Made by a program: the position numbers and the translations under genes. The notes under the pieces are model-generated. The model was not told the DNA's origin. It did not search any database and worked only from the letters and a program-made list of their open reading frames with translations. Of a stretch of DNA of 64,000 nucleotides, positions 1-14,464 are shown one piece after another (position 1 is the first letter of the stretch; each line of letters opens with the position of its first letter). The stretch is from Octopus vulgaris (lineage: Eukaryota), in assembly GCA_951406725.2 (NCBI GenBank), contig OX597838.1, positions 9,176,001 through 9,240,000 of the forward strand, given 5' to 3'.

Positions 1-694
1 TATTATTATTAATCAAATAATGTTTATACCTATTTTTTTTTGTTTTTAGAGACTTCGAAATGTTAAAAAAAAAAGAGACAATAAATATTACGATAAAAAG
101 CAATTAGGGACGGTAATGAATTTAGTGTAATTAAAAGTCTCTCCAGCGAATTTGCTCCGGATCTGCATTCTGTCCTCATCGTTCGTCATAAACATTGCAA
201 ACAATAAATATACAAGGAATAAATTCGGTTTCAATTTCTCTTTTTCCGTTGTAAAAATAAAACAAGGTTTTCCTCGGTTGAAAAAACAACCTGGATATAA
301 ATGACATTAATTAATGAGGATTGTATAAAGGATAATAAGGAAGTTATATAATAAATAGATACAGTAAACAGAGGACAACGATTCCATGTTTTGTAGGTGT
401 GTGTATGTATACACACACATATATACATATATATTATATATATATACGTACACACACACAAACACATATATATATATATAATATATATATACGTACGCAC
501 ACACAAACATATATATATATTTATATGTATATATGGTATTTTAATGTGTAAAAGGAACCCTTTTTTGTCAAAGATCAAGGGAAAAAATGGGTGTTTCTTA
601 TACATGGATAGCATTTAGTCCTTACAAAACTTTTTTTCCAAATTGTAAGTGCAAGAAAATCAGGGAATTCCTTAAACACGTTAAAATACACCTA

Positions 695-1188
695 TATATA
701 CATACATATATACATACATATATACATACATATTTATATATATATATACATACATACATATTTACATATATATACACATACATACATATTTACGTATATA
801 TATACATACATACATATTTACATATATATACACATACATACATATTTACATATATATACATACATACATACATATTTACATATATATACATACATACATA
901 CATATATATATACATACATACATACATATATATATACATACATACATACATACATACATATTTACATATATATACATACATACATATTTACATATATATA
1001 CATACATACATATTTACATATATATACATACATACATATATACATACATATTTACATATATATACATACACACATATATATACATACATACATATACATA
1101 CATACATATATATATACAATCATACATATATATATACAATCATACATATACATATATACATACATACATACATACATACATACATACA

Positions 1189-1219
<31 letters not shown>

Positions 1220-1230
1220 GCATGTATGTA
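695..1230. repeat. (TACA)n/(TA)n microsatellite
   Basis: Read directly. Similar tracts at 7645-7790, 17101-17280 (pure TA), 47300-47960, 48540-49220 (GA/TG) and 54690-55085. Confidence 0.95.
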
Positions 1231-1817
1231 TATTGTTTTGGTCGAGTCAGTCGCCTGAGAAGTAAAGACTTGAGACCAAAACAAAAATACATTATTATTA
1301 ATATATACTACAGGCATTGTGTATATAAACCACGGCATTTCTTCCTATAGCCAACGCTAAACGGGTTCAGAATGCATATATATACATACATAGATGTATA
1401 TATACACACAGAGGTGTGTATATAGAAGTGTTGATAGTGATGATACTCACATGAGGTAGGACCGTTTCCTGCATGACTTACGGCTGTATGTTGGTTACGA
1501 AACGAGCATAAACGCATCTGTTGCACAAGTCTGGCAAGGAGATGACAAATGCAGAATGTAAAACATCCAATTAAAAATAAAGTGGGGGAGAAACACGAAG
1601 AGAAACAAGAAAAATATAATAAATGAGAGAGAAGTCTTGAGAGAGAAAGAAACACAGCAGGAAGGAAGAAGAACCGATGGATTAGATGTCGTCACCAGAC
1701 ATTACGTCTGACGTTGATTGCCTCCCCTTGCATTAGGAACTCTTTTGTCTGCGAAATCGATATATGTAGAGTGACTTGAGACTAATTTATGGTCTTATGT
1801 TGAGTGCGACACACACC

Positions 1818-2640
1818 AGAGTGTTGGATAGTGGAGTGTTGAATAGTGGAGAGTGACTTGCTAGAGTGTTGGATACTGGAGTGTTAAATAGTGGAGAGTA
1901 ACTTACTAGAGTGTTGGATACTGGAGTGTTAAATAGTGGAGAGTAACTTACTAGAGTGTTGGATAGTGGAGTGTTGATATACTGGAGTGTGGTATACTGG
2001 AGTGTTGATATACTGGAGTGATAAATAGTGGAGTGTGATATTCTGGAGAGTAACTTACTAGAGTGTTGAATACTGGAGTGTTAAATAGTGGAGAGTAACT
2101 TACTAGAGTGTTGGATAGTGGAGTGTGATATACTGGAGTGTGGTATACTGGAGTGTGATATACTGGAGTGTTAAATAGTGGAGTGTGATATACTGGAGAG
2201 TAACTAGAGTGTTGGATACTGGAGTGTTAAATAGTGGAGAGTAACTTACTAGAGTGTTGGATAGTGGAGTGTGATATACTGGAGTGTGGTATACTGGAGT
2301 GTGATATACTGGAGTGTTAAATAGTGGAGTGTGATATACTGGAGAGTAACTTACTAGAGTGTTGGATACTGGAGTGTGATATTCTGGAGAGTAACTTACT
2401 AGAGTGTTGAATACTGGAGTGTGATATACTGGAGAGTAACTAGAGTGTTGGATACTGGAGTGTTAAATAGTGGAGAGTAACTTACTAGAGTGTTGGATAG
2501 TGGAGTTTAACTTACTGGACTGTTGGATAGTGGAGTACTTATACAGGAGTGTGGATACTCAAGTATAACATATTGGAGTGTGACATACTGGAGTGTTGGC
2601 TATTGCAGTGTGATATGCTGGAGTGTGATATACTAGAGCT
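1818..2640. repeat. Complex minisatellite
   Basis: Interleaved 14-16-bp variants TACTGGAGTGTGATA / TAGTGGAGTGTTGGA / GAGAGTAACTTACTA forming higher-order blocks, degenerating at both ends. Confidence 0.9.
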
Positions 2641-5299
2641 TGCATTGCTGTTATTTAACATGAATCTACCCCTAGTTATTTTTTAAAGACCACCAGCCTC
2701 TAGATCGAGGTACCATGGCAAAGAGCTTCTCTAGATCAACAAATGCTAGGTAGAGAGGTGAATTCCCAGTTCTTTTTGCAGTTGTCTCATTATGAAAAGA
2801 ACTGGTATTATACAGAGCTAGGCACACATCTAAACTAAATCCCATGCAAACTGATTATCTTATTAATCATCATCATCATCATCATCATCGTTTAGCGTCT
2901 GCTTTCCATGCTAGCATGGGTTGGACGGTTCAACAGGGGTCTGGGAAGCCAGAAGGCTGCACCAAGCTCCAGTCTGATCTGGCAATGTTTCTACGGCTGG
3001 ATGCTCTTCCTAACGCCAACCACTCCGTGAGTGTAGTGGGTGCTTTTTACGTGCCACCGGCACAGGGGCGAGGCGAGGCTGCCAAACGGCCACGATCAGA
3101 TGGCGCTTTTTATGTGCCACCAGCACAGGTGCCAGACGAGGCTGGTAAACGGCCATGATCGAATGATGCTTTTTACATGCCACCAGCACGGGGTCCACAA
3201 TTAATCTATTGTGTTAATAGTCATTCAATTACTTTTATACCTTTGTGCATCAGGCTGTAATCTCATTTGGTAGTAAACCTGGTATAAAGAAATACATGGA
3301 ACAAAAGTGATAACTTTAAATACGTTTATTGTGGCCACACGTATATATACACAACTGAATGATAAATAGAAGTGGTTAATGTACATTTATTCATATATCT
3401 ACATGCATCTGCATGGGTTGTATGTTAGCTGTTAACCCTGGTGAGGAAAGCTCACGAACAGTAATATATTAGACCCAGTGCAGTGTGTTGGTGCTGTGTA
3501 GATGTTGTTGATGATGTTGGTGAGAGACATCATGGTGATGGCGGTTGCTGTAATGTGGCCAGTGGTGAGATCTTAGAAACTCTGGAACCAACAGGCGTTG
3601 AGACTAGAAGGATGTAAGCTTTTATAGCTGACAGTAGGCTTAACTGCTGTTTGGAACAGACTGTCTCACGTGACTTATTTGGAGGTTGTGATTAACTGGG
3701 TTGCATATTGGTGCACGATAGAGCAAGAGACAAATTGCGCCAATACCAACCAAATGGAGTGGTAGACACAAACGGGGTCCAAAACAGCAACCAAAGGTTA
3801 GCTGCTACCTGCTACATTCATATGTACTTAGATATAAAAGAGAGAGGAAGTTCACTAGAGTTTACTACACTTTCATAACAATTAACAATCATATTGCTTA
3901 GCCAGACATTGGGTATGACACCTCCTTGTATGATCTGGTTGACTATGCAAGGCAATGAGCTGGCAGAATCTTTAGAATGCCAGACAAGATGCTTTCACCA
4001 GATATTTTTAGCATCCTAACACCTATATGTGTATGAATGTGTATGCATATATATATATGCATGTATATATGTATACTTGTGAATGTAGGTGTGAACAGAA
4101 TGTGTGTGTGTAAGTAGATGTATGCTTTTGTATGAGTATATATATATGAAACCATCTTACCCATGCTGGCATGGAAAAGAGATGCTAAATGTGATGATGA
4201 TGATATGATATATATATATATATACTCTTTTACTCTTTTACTTGTTTCAGTCATTTGACTGTGGCCATGCTGGATCACCGCCTTTAGTCGAGCAAGTTGA
4301 CACCAGGTCTTATTCTTTGTAAGCCTAGTACTTATTCCATTGGCCTCTTTTGCCAAACCACAAAAGTTACTGGGACGTAAACACACCAGCATCGGTTGTC
4401 AAGCGATGTTGGGGGGACAAACACAGGCACACAAACACACACACACATATATATACATATATACGATGGGCTTCTTTCAGTTTCCGTCTGCCAAATCCAC
4501 TCACAAGGCTTTGGTCGACCCGAGGCTATAGTAGAAGACACTTGCCCAAGGTGCCCCGCCATGGGACTGAACCCGGAACCATGTGGTTGGTAAGCAAGCT
4601 ACTTACCACACAGCCACTCCTGCGCCTATATATATATATATATGTATGTATGTGTATGTGTGTGTGTGTGTGTGTTGATGTATATATAAGCGTGTATGTG
4701 TAATGGGGGTGTCCATAAGATGATATTGACTAAGGCTCCCTCATTCTGGTAATAGAAGCCTTCCACAGCACAGATGTCTGCAACCTGATAGGATTGTATA
4801 TATTAGACATCTTAACAAAGGCTTAAGAAGGATCTTATTTGCACCCTTAGTTCTGATGGATTCAAGGTTACAATTGAGACCAGTCTTACCATTGTCAACG
4901 TTTTTAGAAGTTACGTTGGACCTGGGCACTTCAAACAAGCACTACTGCAACCCACATGAAGGGCTGTCATACATTAACACAACTTACAGCCACCCACTTG
5001 CCATGATCAACAACCTAGTGAAGGGTTTCCACATGAGGATTTCAAACCTCTCCTTCAGTCAATAAATTTTCGATACTGCAGCCAATATTACAAGGCTTTG
5101 GCATCCAGTGGATTCAAGGACCGCATCTCCTATGCACTGGACCTTAGTATTCACAAAAAAAAAGTGCCACTGTAAAGTCATTTGGTTTGTCCCACCCTTC
5201 TCGCTCAACGTCAAGACTTGTGAGGAAAGGACATTCCTTGGGTTAGTGGACAAACACTTCACACAGATGTGGGTATTTGTTTAATAGATATGACTTAAG

Positions 5300-5702
5300 G
5301 GCGAGCTGGCAGAAACGTTAGCACGCCGGGCGAAATGCTTAGCGGTATTTCGTCTGCGTTACGTTGTGAGTTCAAATTCCACCGAGGTCAACTTTGCCTT
5401 TCATCCTTTCGGGGTCGATAAATTAAGTACCAGTTATGCACTTTGGTCGATGTAATCGACTTGATACCTATGTCTGTCCTTGTTTGTCCCCTCTATGTTT
5501 AGCCCCTTGTGGGTAATAAAGAAATAGGTATTTCATCTGCATTACGTTGTGAGTTCAAATTCCGCTGAGGTCAACTTTGCCTTTCATCCTTTCGGGGTCG
5601 ATAAATTAAGTACCAGTTATGCACTGGGGTCGATGTAATCGACTTGATACCTATGTCTGTCCTTGTTTGTCCCCTCTGTGTTTAGCCCCTTGTGGGTAAT
5701 TT
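5300..5702 (+). mobile_element. SINE family A dimer with 22-bp target-site duplication
   Basis: Head plus two bodies, flanked by TTTAATAGATATGACTTAAGGG at 5280-5301 and 5703-5724. Confidence 0.85.
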
Positions 5703-7411
5703 TTTAATAGATATGACTTAAGGGTCTCTTTTGGCTGTGTATCCAGCAGGGGATGGTCAATGCAACTCTGTATGAAGCTGAGGTGGTGGCCAGAACCGGT
5801 GACCACAACAGCAGCATTGGCAAAAACAGCAGCAACAACAAGAATGATGTTCTTGTTGCCAATAGCAACAACAATGATGACAGCAATTACAGTGGCAATG
5901 GTAGCAGCAGCACATCAAACAGCAGCAATATATGTTTCTTTATTAGCCACGCAGGGCTGCACACAGACAGGACAAATTACAAGGTAGAGCTTTTCTTTTG
6001 GGAATAAAAAAGGGGGTTTGGTTTTCGATCAAAAGGGATCGTAAAAGGAAAGAAAGAGGAAAGTCAAAAAAAAAGGGGGGGAGGGGTTCAAAAATAAAAG
6101 GAAAAGGAAAAAAAGTCGATCAATAGGGATCGTTATCACAGAAATGTCAATATAAAGTGTAAAGGGGAGGACAGGTGAGGTTTACCCGTGGAAAGAAAAG
6201 CCTACGGAAAAGACCACGGTAACCTCGGTCAATGAAGTCACATGTTATATATATTATTTTTTTTTTACAAATAAGCAACTCTCTGTATTAATTTTTACGG
6301 TTCATAGGATCATGGTCAAGGTGGCTTCGTCGTTCATACATGCCATCCTTGCTACATTCACCCAGCTGCAACAACAGCAGCAATGCCCCCTGCAGTGGCA
6401 GCAACTGCGACACCAGCAGCAATAGCAGCGATGCCAGCAACAACAACATCATCACCATTGGGCCAGCTTTGACAGCAACATAAGCATCATTGGAGACGCA
6501 ATGGCCCAGTGGTTAGGGCAGCGGAGTCACGGTCGGAGGATCGTGGTTTCAATTCCGGGCATTGTGAGTGTTTATTGAGCGAAAACACCTAAAAGCTCCA
6601 CAAGGCTCCGGCAGGGGGTGATGGCGATCCCTGCTGTACTCTTTCGCCACAACTTTCTCTCACTCTTTCTTCTGTTGGCCTGCTCGCTTAGCCAGCTGGG
6701 TGGCATCATTTGGAGGCTAAAACAATGCAAAGCGCATTGTGACCAGCGATGTGTAGCAACATCTGATAGCCTGGTCGGTCACATGATGATGATGATGATA
6801 AGCATCATTAATGCAACAGCCGCTGTAGCACAAGAGCACAGACACAGAAATATGTTGGTTCCACGGGTGGCCTGTTCAAGCAACGTCTGAGTAAGCACCG
6901 GCCCCCTTTTAGGATACCAGAGAGGCACAACATCACATCCCTGGCCACCTACATTTGGTGTTTAAAAGAGGAAAGCATGCCATACATGATTAAACAGAGG
7001 CTCCCAGAATAACCAGGGTCATATCTTTATGGGAGCAAATGATGTAAGCTTTGCTTGAATGAAAGAGCAAGGATCCTAAAAAACTCATTTGATCCAGGCA
7101 CCTTTTTAAACTCCAAACACGAAGTGTTTAGTCAATGCCCTCATAAGAGGAAATTCTTTTTGTAAACAGAATTCTGCCTTTGGTGAACCAGGAAACTGCT
7201 ATCAATTTCGAAAGTAGTCGTTGACACAGCTGCAACTAATCTAAGGGGAATAACTCTGCCTCACCCAAGACTGCATCAGTCGGTTTTGTTCCAGAAAATT
7301 TTTGTTTACAAAATTAACTGACCATAACGTTTTCCCCATGCATACATACTTGTATACATACATACATACTTACACACACACACACACATATATCTCACAT
7401 GTGTATGTATG

Positions 7412-7476
<65 letters not shown>

Positions 7477-7648
7477 CTGTTAAAATCGAACTGCACTCTT
7501 CAAAACTTGCACTAAGAATAAAGACAAAGTAAAATTACTACTTGCTTTTATAGCAAGTTGATGCAGGTAGTTTATCCTGCATCCCTCCAACTTTTAGTTC
7601 ATACAATTGATAAAACTGCATTATTTATGGGATGACCCAATATAAATG

Positions 7649-7680
<32 letters not shown>

Positions 7681-10600
7681 TGTATGTATGTATGTATGTA
7701 TGTATGTATGTATGTCTGTATGTATGTATGTATGTATGTATGTATGTATGTATGTATGTATGTATGTACGTATGTATGTATGTACGTAGATATGTATGCA
7801 TGCACATATGTGTGAGTGTGTATCTTTGTGTCTGTGTTTGTCCCTTGATCATCACTTGACAACTGGTGTTGGTGTGTTTACATCCCCATAACTTAGTGGC
7901 TGAGCAAAAGAGACTGATAGAATAAGGCTTGGGGTTGATTTGTTCAACTAAAACCCTTCAAGGCAGTGCTCCAGCATGGCCACAGTCAAATGACAGAAAC
8001 AAGTAAAAGAATAACACAAAGAATACACACACACAATGGAAGTGTGTGTGTATGTGTGTTTTGGGGCCTCCTTGTCCTGACATTGCATGATAGTTTTTAG
8101 TGCCACTGTGATTGCAGTCGGCACCATTCGTATCTTGTGTAGAAACAAGTCAGGGCTTGGAGAAACTTTATTTTGCCTGGAAACGAGGAATGGTATCTGA
8201 CTGTAGAAAATCTGCTTTAACAACAATTTGTTATCTGATCAAGGCAAGCATGGAAAATTGGATATCAAAGTATTACAGGTGCTGAAAATGGTAATGTGTG
8301 TGTGTGTGTGTGTGGATGGATGGATGGATGCATCTTCACAGATATGGCTGAGTGATAAGAAACTTGCTTTTCAACCACATGGTTCTAGGTTCAGTCCCAC
8401 TGCATGGCACCTTGGGCAAGTAAGTGTCTTCTATTGTAGCCTCATGCTGAAGAAAGACCTGGGCGTAGATTTGGTAGACAGAAACTGAAGGAAGCCCACT
8501 GTGTGTGTGTATTTTTTGTATATGTGTGTGTTTGTGTCTGTCCTCCCAACACTTGACAACCTGTCTTGGTTTGTTTACATCCTTGAAACTTAACAGTTTG
8601 GCAAAGAGAAACCAATAAAATAAGTTCTAGGCTAAAAAGAAAAAAAAAAAATCCTGGAGTCAATTCGTTCAACAAAAACCCTTTGAGGTGTTGCTCCAGC
8701 ATGGCCGCAGTCAAATGACAGAACCAAGTAAAAGATGAAAAGATAAAAAATACCTGCATTTACAATTCTGTCCATTACTATTCATAATTAACGACCAAAT
8801 AAAGTGGAATTAATACAAAAATTAAATGAATGAATACTAATCAACATATATCACATGATCACATGACCGACCAGACCATCAGATGTTGTTACACATCGCT
8901 GGTCACAATGCGCTTCACATTGTTTTAGCCTTCGAATGACGCCACCCAGCTGGCTAAGCGAGCAGGCCAATCAACATATATATTTAAGCTATTTCTATTC
9001 AAATATTTTTTATTTGGAAATTCTTTCATCATAAGAATTCATAAATATTTCAATAAATTCCGAGTCTTTATGTTTCCTTCAGAACCTAATTTTGTATTTG
9101 CACATATTTTCCACCCTTTCTGTGAATACTTTCATTGTTGAATGCATACATCATGATTTAGCATCCGTTGTCCATACCAGCATTGGTTGGACGGTTTTGA
9201 GCAGCGCTGTCAAGCTGGAAGGCTCCACCAGACTCCAGTCTGGTTTTCTACAGCTGGGAGCTCTTCCTAACGCCAACCACTCTGTGAGTGTAATGGGTGC
9301 TTTTACATGCCACCGGCACGGATGCCATTTGCGTGACACCAGAATCTGCCACAACTGTGATTTTGCTTGGTTTGATGGGTCTTCAGCTCAAGCATGACAT
9401 AATGCCAAAGGTCTCGGTCATTGCTTCTGTGAGGCCCAACACTCAAAAGGAAGCTTTCCAAACATCTGATATGAATGCTCTTTGTCACGTGACAACTTGC
9501 TGGGGCTGCCTACTGGAGCCTATGCGGCAGGTATTTAAAGGGAGAAATTTGACAAGACAGTCAGTCACCGGCTGACACTCGCTGACGATACATCGAAGAG
9601 GCCAGGGAACAGAAGAAAGAAGAAGAAAGAAGACATGCACCCAACACCAGAGCTGAAGACACCTCCGAAAGCGGGGGGCCCTGCCATGTCAAAACTGTAG
9701 AGGAGTAGGGGCTGAAACCGGACGTGGTTCCTCCTGATGATGTCTTGAGCTAACTGGATCCTATAAAGGAGCTGTTGTGGTAGCAGACCACGAAACACGG
9801 TTGTAATTCCTGATCAAAATTAAAATCTTCCATCAATATTTCCTGTTTATGTTCTCTCTATTCTTGTCTCATCTGGCATAATGTCACATTTCTCAATTCT
9901 ATTCCTTCCTTCAGTCTTGTAAATTATTTGGTAACCTCACTGATGCTGGTGCCATTGAAAAAGTGTCTAGTCCATGCTGTAAAGTGGTTGGCATTAGGGA
10001 AGCCATCCAGCCATAGAAATACACACACACACACATACACATACATAGACAGATAGATCGATATATAGGCAGGTATAGGCATAATGGATTTCCACCTGCT
10101 TTCTTTCTTAAGGCATTGGCTGGGCCTGGGGCTAAAGCAGAAAACTCGCTCAAGGTACTTCACAGTCAGACTGAACCCAAAACAATGTGGTTGGGAAGCA
10201 AACCTTTTAACCACACAGCCACACCTACCCCCATATCACATAATATTTCTATATGACATTTAAGACTGCTTCTTCTAATTAGACACAGTGATGCTGTGCA
10301 ACACACATTGCCAGGATGGAGAATTGTCAACTTTCCAAGGTCACACAGAAACAAGAACATCCTCTGGTCACCATGATAAGGAAACACCAAAGAAGAGGTA
10401 CAATGCTTCCCTAAAGAAATCTCTTAAAAACCTATTTCTTTACTACCCACAAGGGGCTAAACACAGAGGAGACAAACAAGGACAGACAGACAGATTAAGT
10501 CGATTATATCGACCCCAGTGCATAACTGGTACTTAATTTATTGACCCCGAAAGGATGAAAGGCAAACTCGACCTCGGTGGAATTTGAACTCAGGACGTAA

Positions 10601-11859
10601 TGGCAGACGAAATACCGCTAAGCATTTCACCCGGCGTGCTAACGATTCTGCCAGCTCGCCGCCTTATAATACCACAATACCTGGCTCATAATACCACAAT
10701 ACTTTAACCACCAGGTCAAACGCCTTTGTACCTGATTGTATAAAGGTTGCTAGAAACTTATAAGCAGTCTTCTGCTTCACTTGGCTTCATCAACAAACAT
10801 TTTCTGAGGGGGATGCCCACATCTGTTGCTGTCCAGTTCAAGACAAACACACAACCACAGAGGCTAACCAGGGCAGGGTGTAATGTCCTTGTTTTCCATC
10901 TGTTCTTTCTTGTCTGCAAGGATGAGTCCTGCAGGTGTCTTCAAAAAACGCTGTTGCCTGATGGACAATGAGGTGCCAGGCTTCATGGTCAGTGGCAAAA
11001 ACAGTGGTGGCGAGCTGGTAGAAACATTAGCATGCCGGGCGAAATGCTTAGCGGTATTTCGTCTGCCATTACATTCTGAGTTCAAATTCCTCCGAGGTCG
11101 AGTTTGCCTTTCATCCTTTCGGGGTCAATAAATTAAGTACCAGTTATGCACTGGGGTCGATATATTTATGAGCCAGGCTGTGGTTTAGGGAAGGACTGGA
11201 AGTGAGGAAGTACACATGTCCTGTCGGAAGTGTGGCCTGTGGGTCCCACTGGAAGGGCCACGGTGGGCATGTGGGGTTGGTGAGGCATGGGTGGTCAGTT
11301 GGCAGTGGACAGCGTACGAGAGTAGACCTGTTAGACGGTACGGTGGAAGACAGAGCATGTGAACGCCACGAGTGACTCTTCCTTCTTTTCCTCCTTCACA
11401 TCACAAGTATTCAACTCACGGTCGTAAACTCATGAGTTCAATTCCTAGGAGTGTGTTGCACCCTTCAGCAAGACCCTTTATTTCACTTTGTTCCAGTTTG
11501 CTCAGAAGGCAAAAATAAGCACCACATGCATTCTACAGAAACAGTCTTGTCACATTCTGTACCGTATTGAATCTCTCAGAACCATGTCAAGGGTACACGT
11601 GTCTGAGGAGCGGTCAGCCACTTGCAGGTTGATTTCCCGTGTAGGTTGTTCTGTTGATAGGGGCAACGGGAACCCTTGTCATGGTAACCGATGGTGTGGC
11701 GCAAGTTTACAATCTGGGGAAGAGCGTTAGATAGAGACATACTGTGAAGGAGGGAATTTAACCTTGATGTCATGCTATTAGCCTGTCTTCCTCTCTTTGT
11801 CAAAGCACATGACATGTCAGGCGGAGAAATAGACAAAGACAGTCTGTATATAATACAGG

Positions 11860-11871
11860 TATGTGTGTGTG

Positions 11872-11928
<57 letters not shown>

Positions 11929-12139
11929 TGTGTGCGTGTGTGAATGTGTGCATCTGAGTGTGTGCGTATATGTGTGGGAGTGTGTGCACATGGGTGTGTG
12001 AATGTGTGTGTATGTGTGTGTGTGAATGTGTGTGTGAATGTCCATGAGTGCTTGTCTGTACATGTGAGTGTGGGTGGCTATGTATGTGTGTGATTATGTG
12101 TGAATGTGCATGTGTGTATGTGTGAGAGAGAGAGAGAGA

Positions 12140-12175
<36 letters not shown>

Positions 12176-12341
12176 ATGTGTGTGTGTGAATGTGTGTGTG
12201 TGAATGTGTGTGTGTGAGAGTGTGTGCACATGGGTGTGTGAATGTGTGTGAATGCCTGTCTGTACATGTGAGTGTGGGTGGGTATGTATGTGTGTGATTA
12301 TGTGTGAATGTGCATGTGTGTACGTGTGAGAGAGAGAGAGA

Positions 12342-12394
<53 letters not shown>

Positions 12395-12772
12395 TGTGTG
12401 TGTGTGGGTATATGTGTGAGAGTGTGTGCACATGGGTGAATGTGTGTGAATGCCTGTCTGTGCATGTGAGTGTGGGTGGCTATATATGTATGTGATTATG
12501 TGTGAATGTGCATGTGTGTACGTGTGAGAGAGAGAGAGAGAGAGGTAGTGTGTGTGTGTGCGTGTGTGTGTGTGTGTGTGCGTGTGTGTGTGTGAATGTG
12601 TGTGTGGGTATATGTGTGAGAGTGTGTGCACATGGGTGTGTGAATATGTGTGAATGTGCATGAGTGCCTGTCTGTACATGTGAGTGTGGGTGGGTATGTA
12701 TGTGTGTGATTATGTGTGTGAGAGAGAGAGATAGTGTGTGTGTGAGTGTGTGTGTGTGTGTGTGTGAATGTG
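11860..12772. repeat. Compound (TG)n/(GA)n microsatellite with ~200-bp higher-order repeats
   Basis: Landmarks such as GTGCACATGGGTG and TGTCTGTACATGTGAGTGTGGGTGG recur about four times. Confidence 0.85.
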
Positions 12773-13121
12773 ATAAGCATCTCACAAATGATAAGTAGTT
12801 TTGGACAAAGGTTATACAAGTTTAAACAGCCTTGTTTGTTTAAGAAATAAAAGAAATCGGAGAATGTAGAAAGTGAGAGAGAGAAAGGGTGGAACAAACT
12901 GCTGGCATCAGTTGTTAGTTGTCGGAGCAGTGCATCCTTCAAAACTTCCATGCTTCCTGAGATTCGCCAACACTACACCTGATTTTCTCCCCTCCATACA
13001 CACACAAGCATGTATCTGACTCATACACTGTTCGCTTCCCGGACATTTGTACATTACTGCATATGCTTTATATGCACTTTCTGACAAGTTGTGGTGCACC
13101 TGAGCACTGTATACAATAATT

Positions 13122-13159
<38 letters not shown>

Positions 13160-13322
13160 TTCATTAAAAAAAAATGTGAAACCATTATTCTAAGCTAATT
13201 TAGTTAATTTTGTCAAGCTCCCTTTTCAGTTTTTAAAATAGAAATTTAAATGTAATAAAATGTTTCAAATGAAATTTAAAGTGCCTATGTGACAACTGTA
13301 AACCTACTTTTGGGTCACCCTG

Positions 13323-13465
<143 letters not shown>

Positions 13466-14099
13466 GTATATATGTGTGTGTATATATATATATATTGGGC
13501 CTGATGAAGCCTTCCAGCTTCACAGACCCCAGTTGAACCGTCCAACCCATGCTAGCATGGAGAACGGACGCTAAATGATGATGATGATGATGATGATATA
13601 TGTATATATATACTACTGGCATTCTGTTGGTTATGACAACGAGGGTTCCAGTTGATCTGATCTACGGAACAGCTTGCTCATGAAATTAACGTGCAAATGG
13701 CTGAGTACTCCACAGACATGCGTCTCAGGGAGATTCAGTGTGGCACAGAATGTGACAAGGCTGGTCCTTTTGAAGTACAGGCACTACTCATTTTTGCCAG
13801 CTGAGCGGACTGGAGCAACGTGGAATAAAGTGTCTTGCTCAAGGCTACAACGTGTCATCGGGAATTGAACTCACAACCTTACGATCTTGAGCCAAATACC
13901 CTAACCACTAACCCTCCCCCCCCCGCCATATATATATATATATTTGTTGTTGGCATCCTTTTTGTCTCGGGAGACAATGGAGTTGCACGTAAAATAGTCT
14001 AGTCCGGCTTTTACATTTCATGTCCTGATACATTTCCTGCTGTGGCTGTGTAGTCCTATCCTGGACAAACACACCCTCTGGCAGGTGCCACAAATGTAG

Positions 14100-14419
14100 C
14101 GAAGACTTTGCCTGGCTGGTTGTAATGTCATAGTTTCTTGTCTTTCCATTTCTCCTCTCTCTCTTTATGTCACTCCTTTGTGTTCCCTCTTTTACGGTAC
14201 GTTGCCAATCTCCACGGTTGCTGGCAACTGCTTCTCAGTTGCTAATATTGATGTTGCAGGCCTTCATGTCCCTTTTGCAAACATCCTTGTATCGTGAGAA
14301 CGGTCTTCCCACAGACCTAGTGCCCCTAGCAAGCTCTCCGTAGAGTATGTCCTTGGGGATTCTGCCATTTGATGCCAAGGATTTTCCGGAGTGAAAGATA
14401 TTTAGGCGACGCTCTTGGC

Positions 14420-14420
<1 letters not shown>
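14100..14420 (-). mobile_element. RTE-like LINE 3' fragment
   Basis: Minus strand reads GRIPKDILYGELARGTRSVGRPFSRYKDVCKRDMKACNI. Confidence 0.7.

Positions 14421-14464
<44 letters not shown>

Noticed and set aside
231-1338. Long ORFs rich in Y/I/H/T/C/V (also 11576-12951, 16831-17312, 47201-48156, 54628-55166)
   Set aside because: Translations of (TA)n, (TACA)n and (TG)n microsatellites, which lack stop codons by construction.
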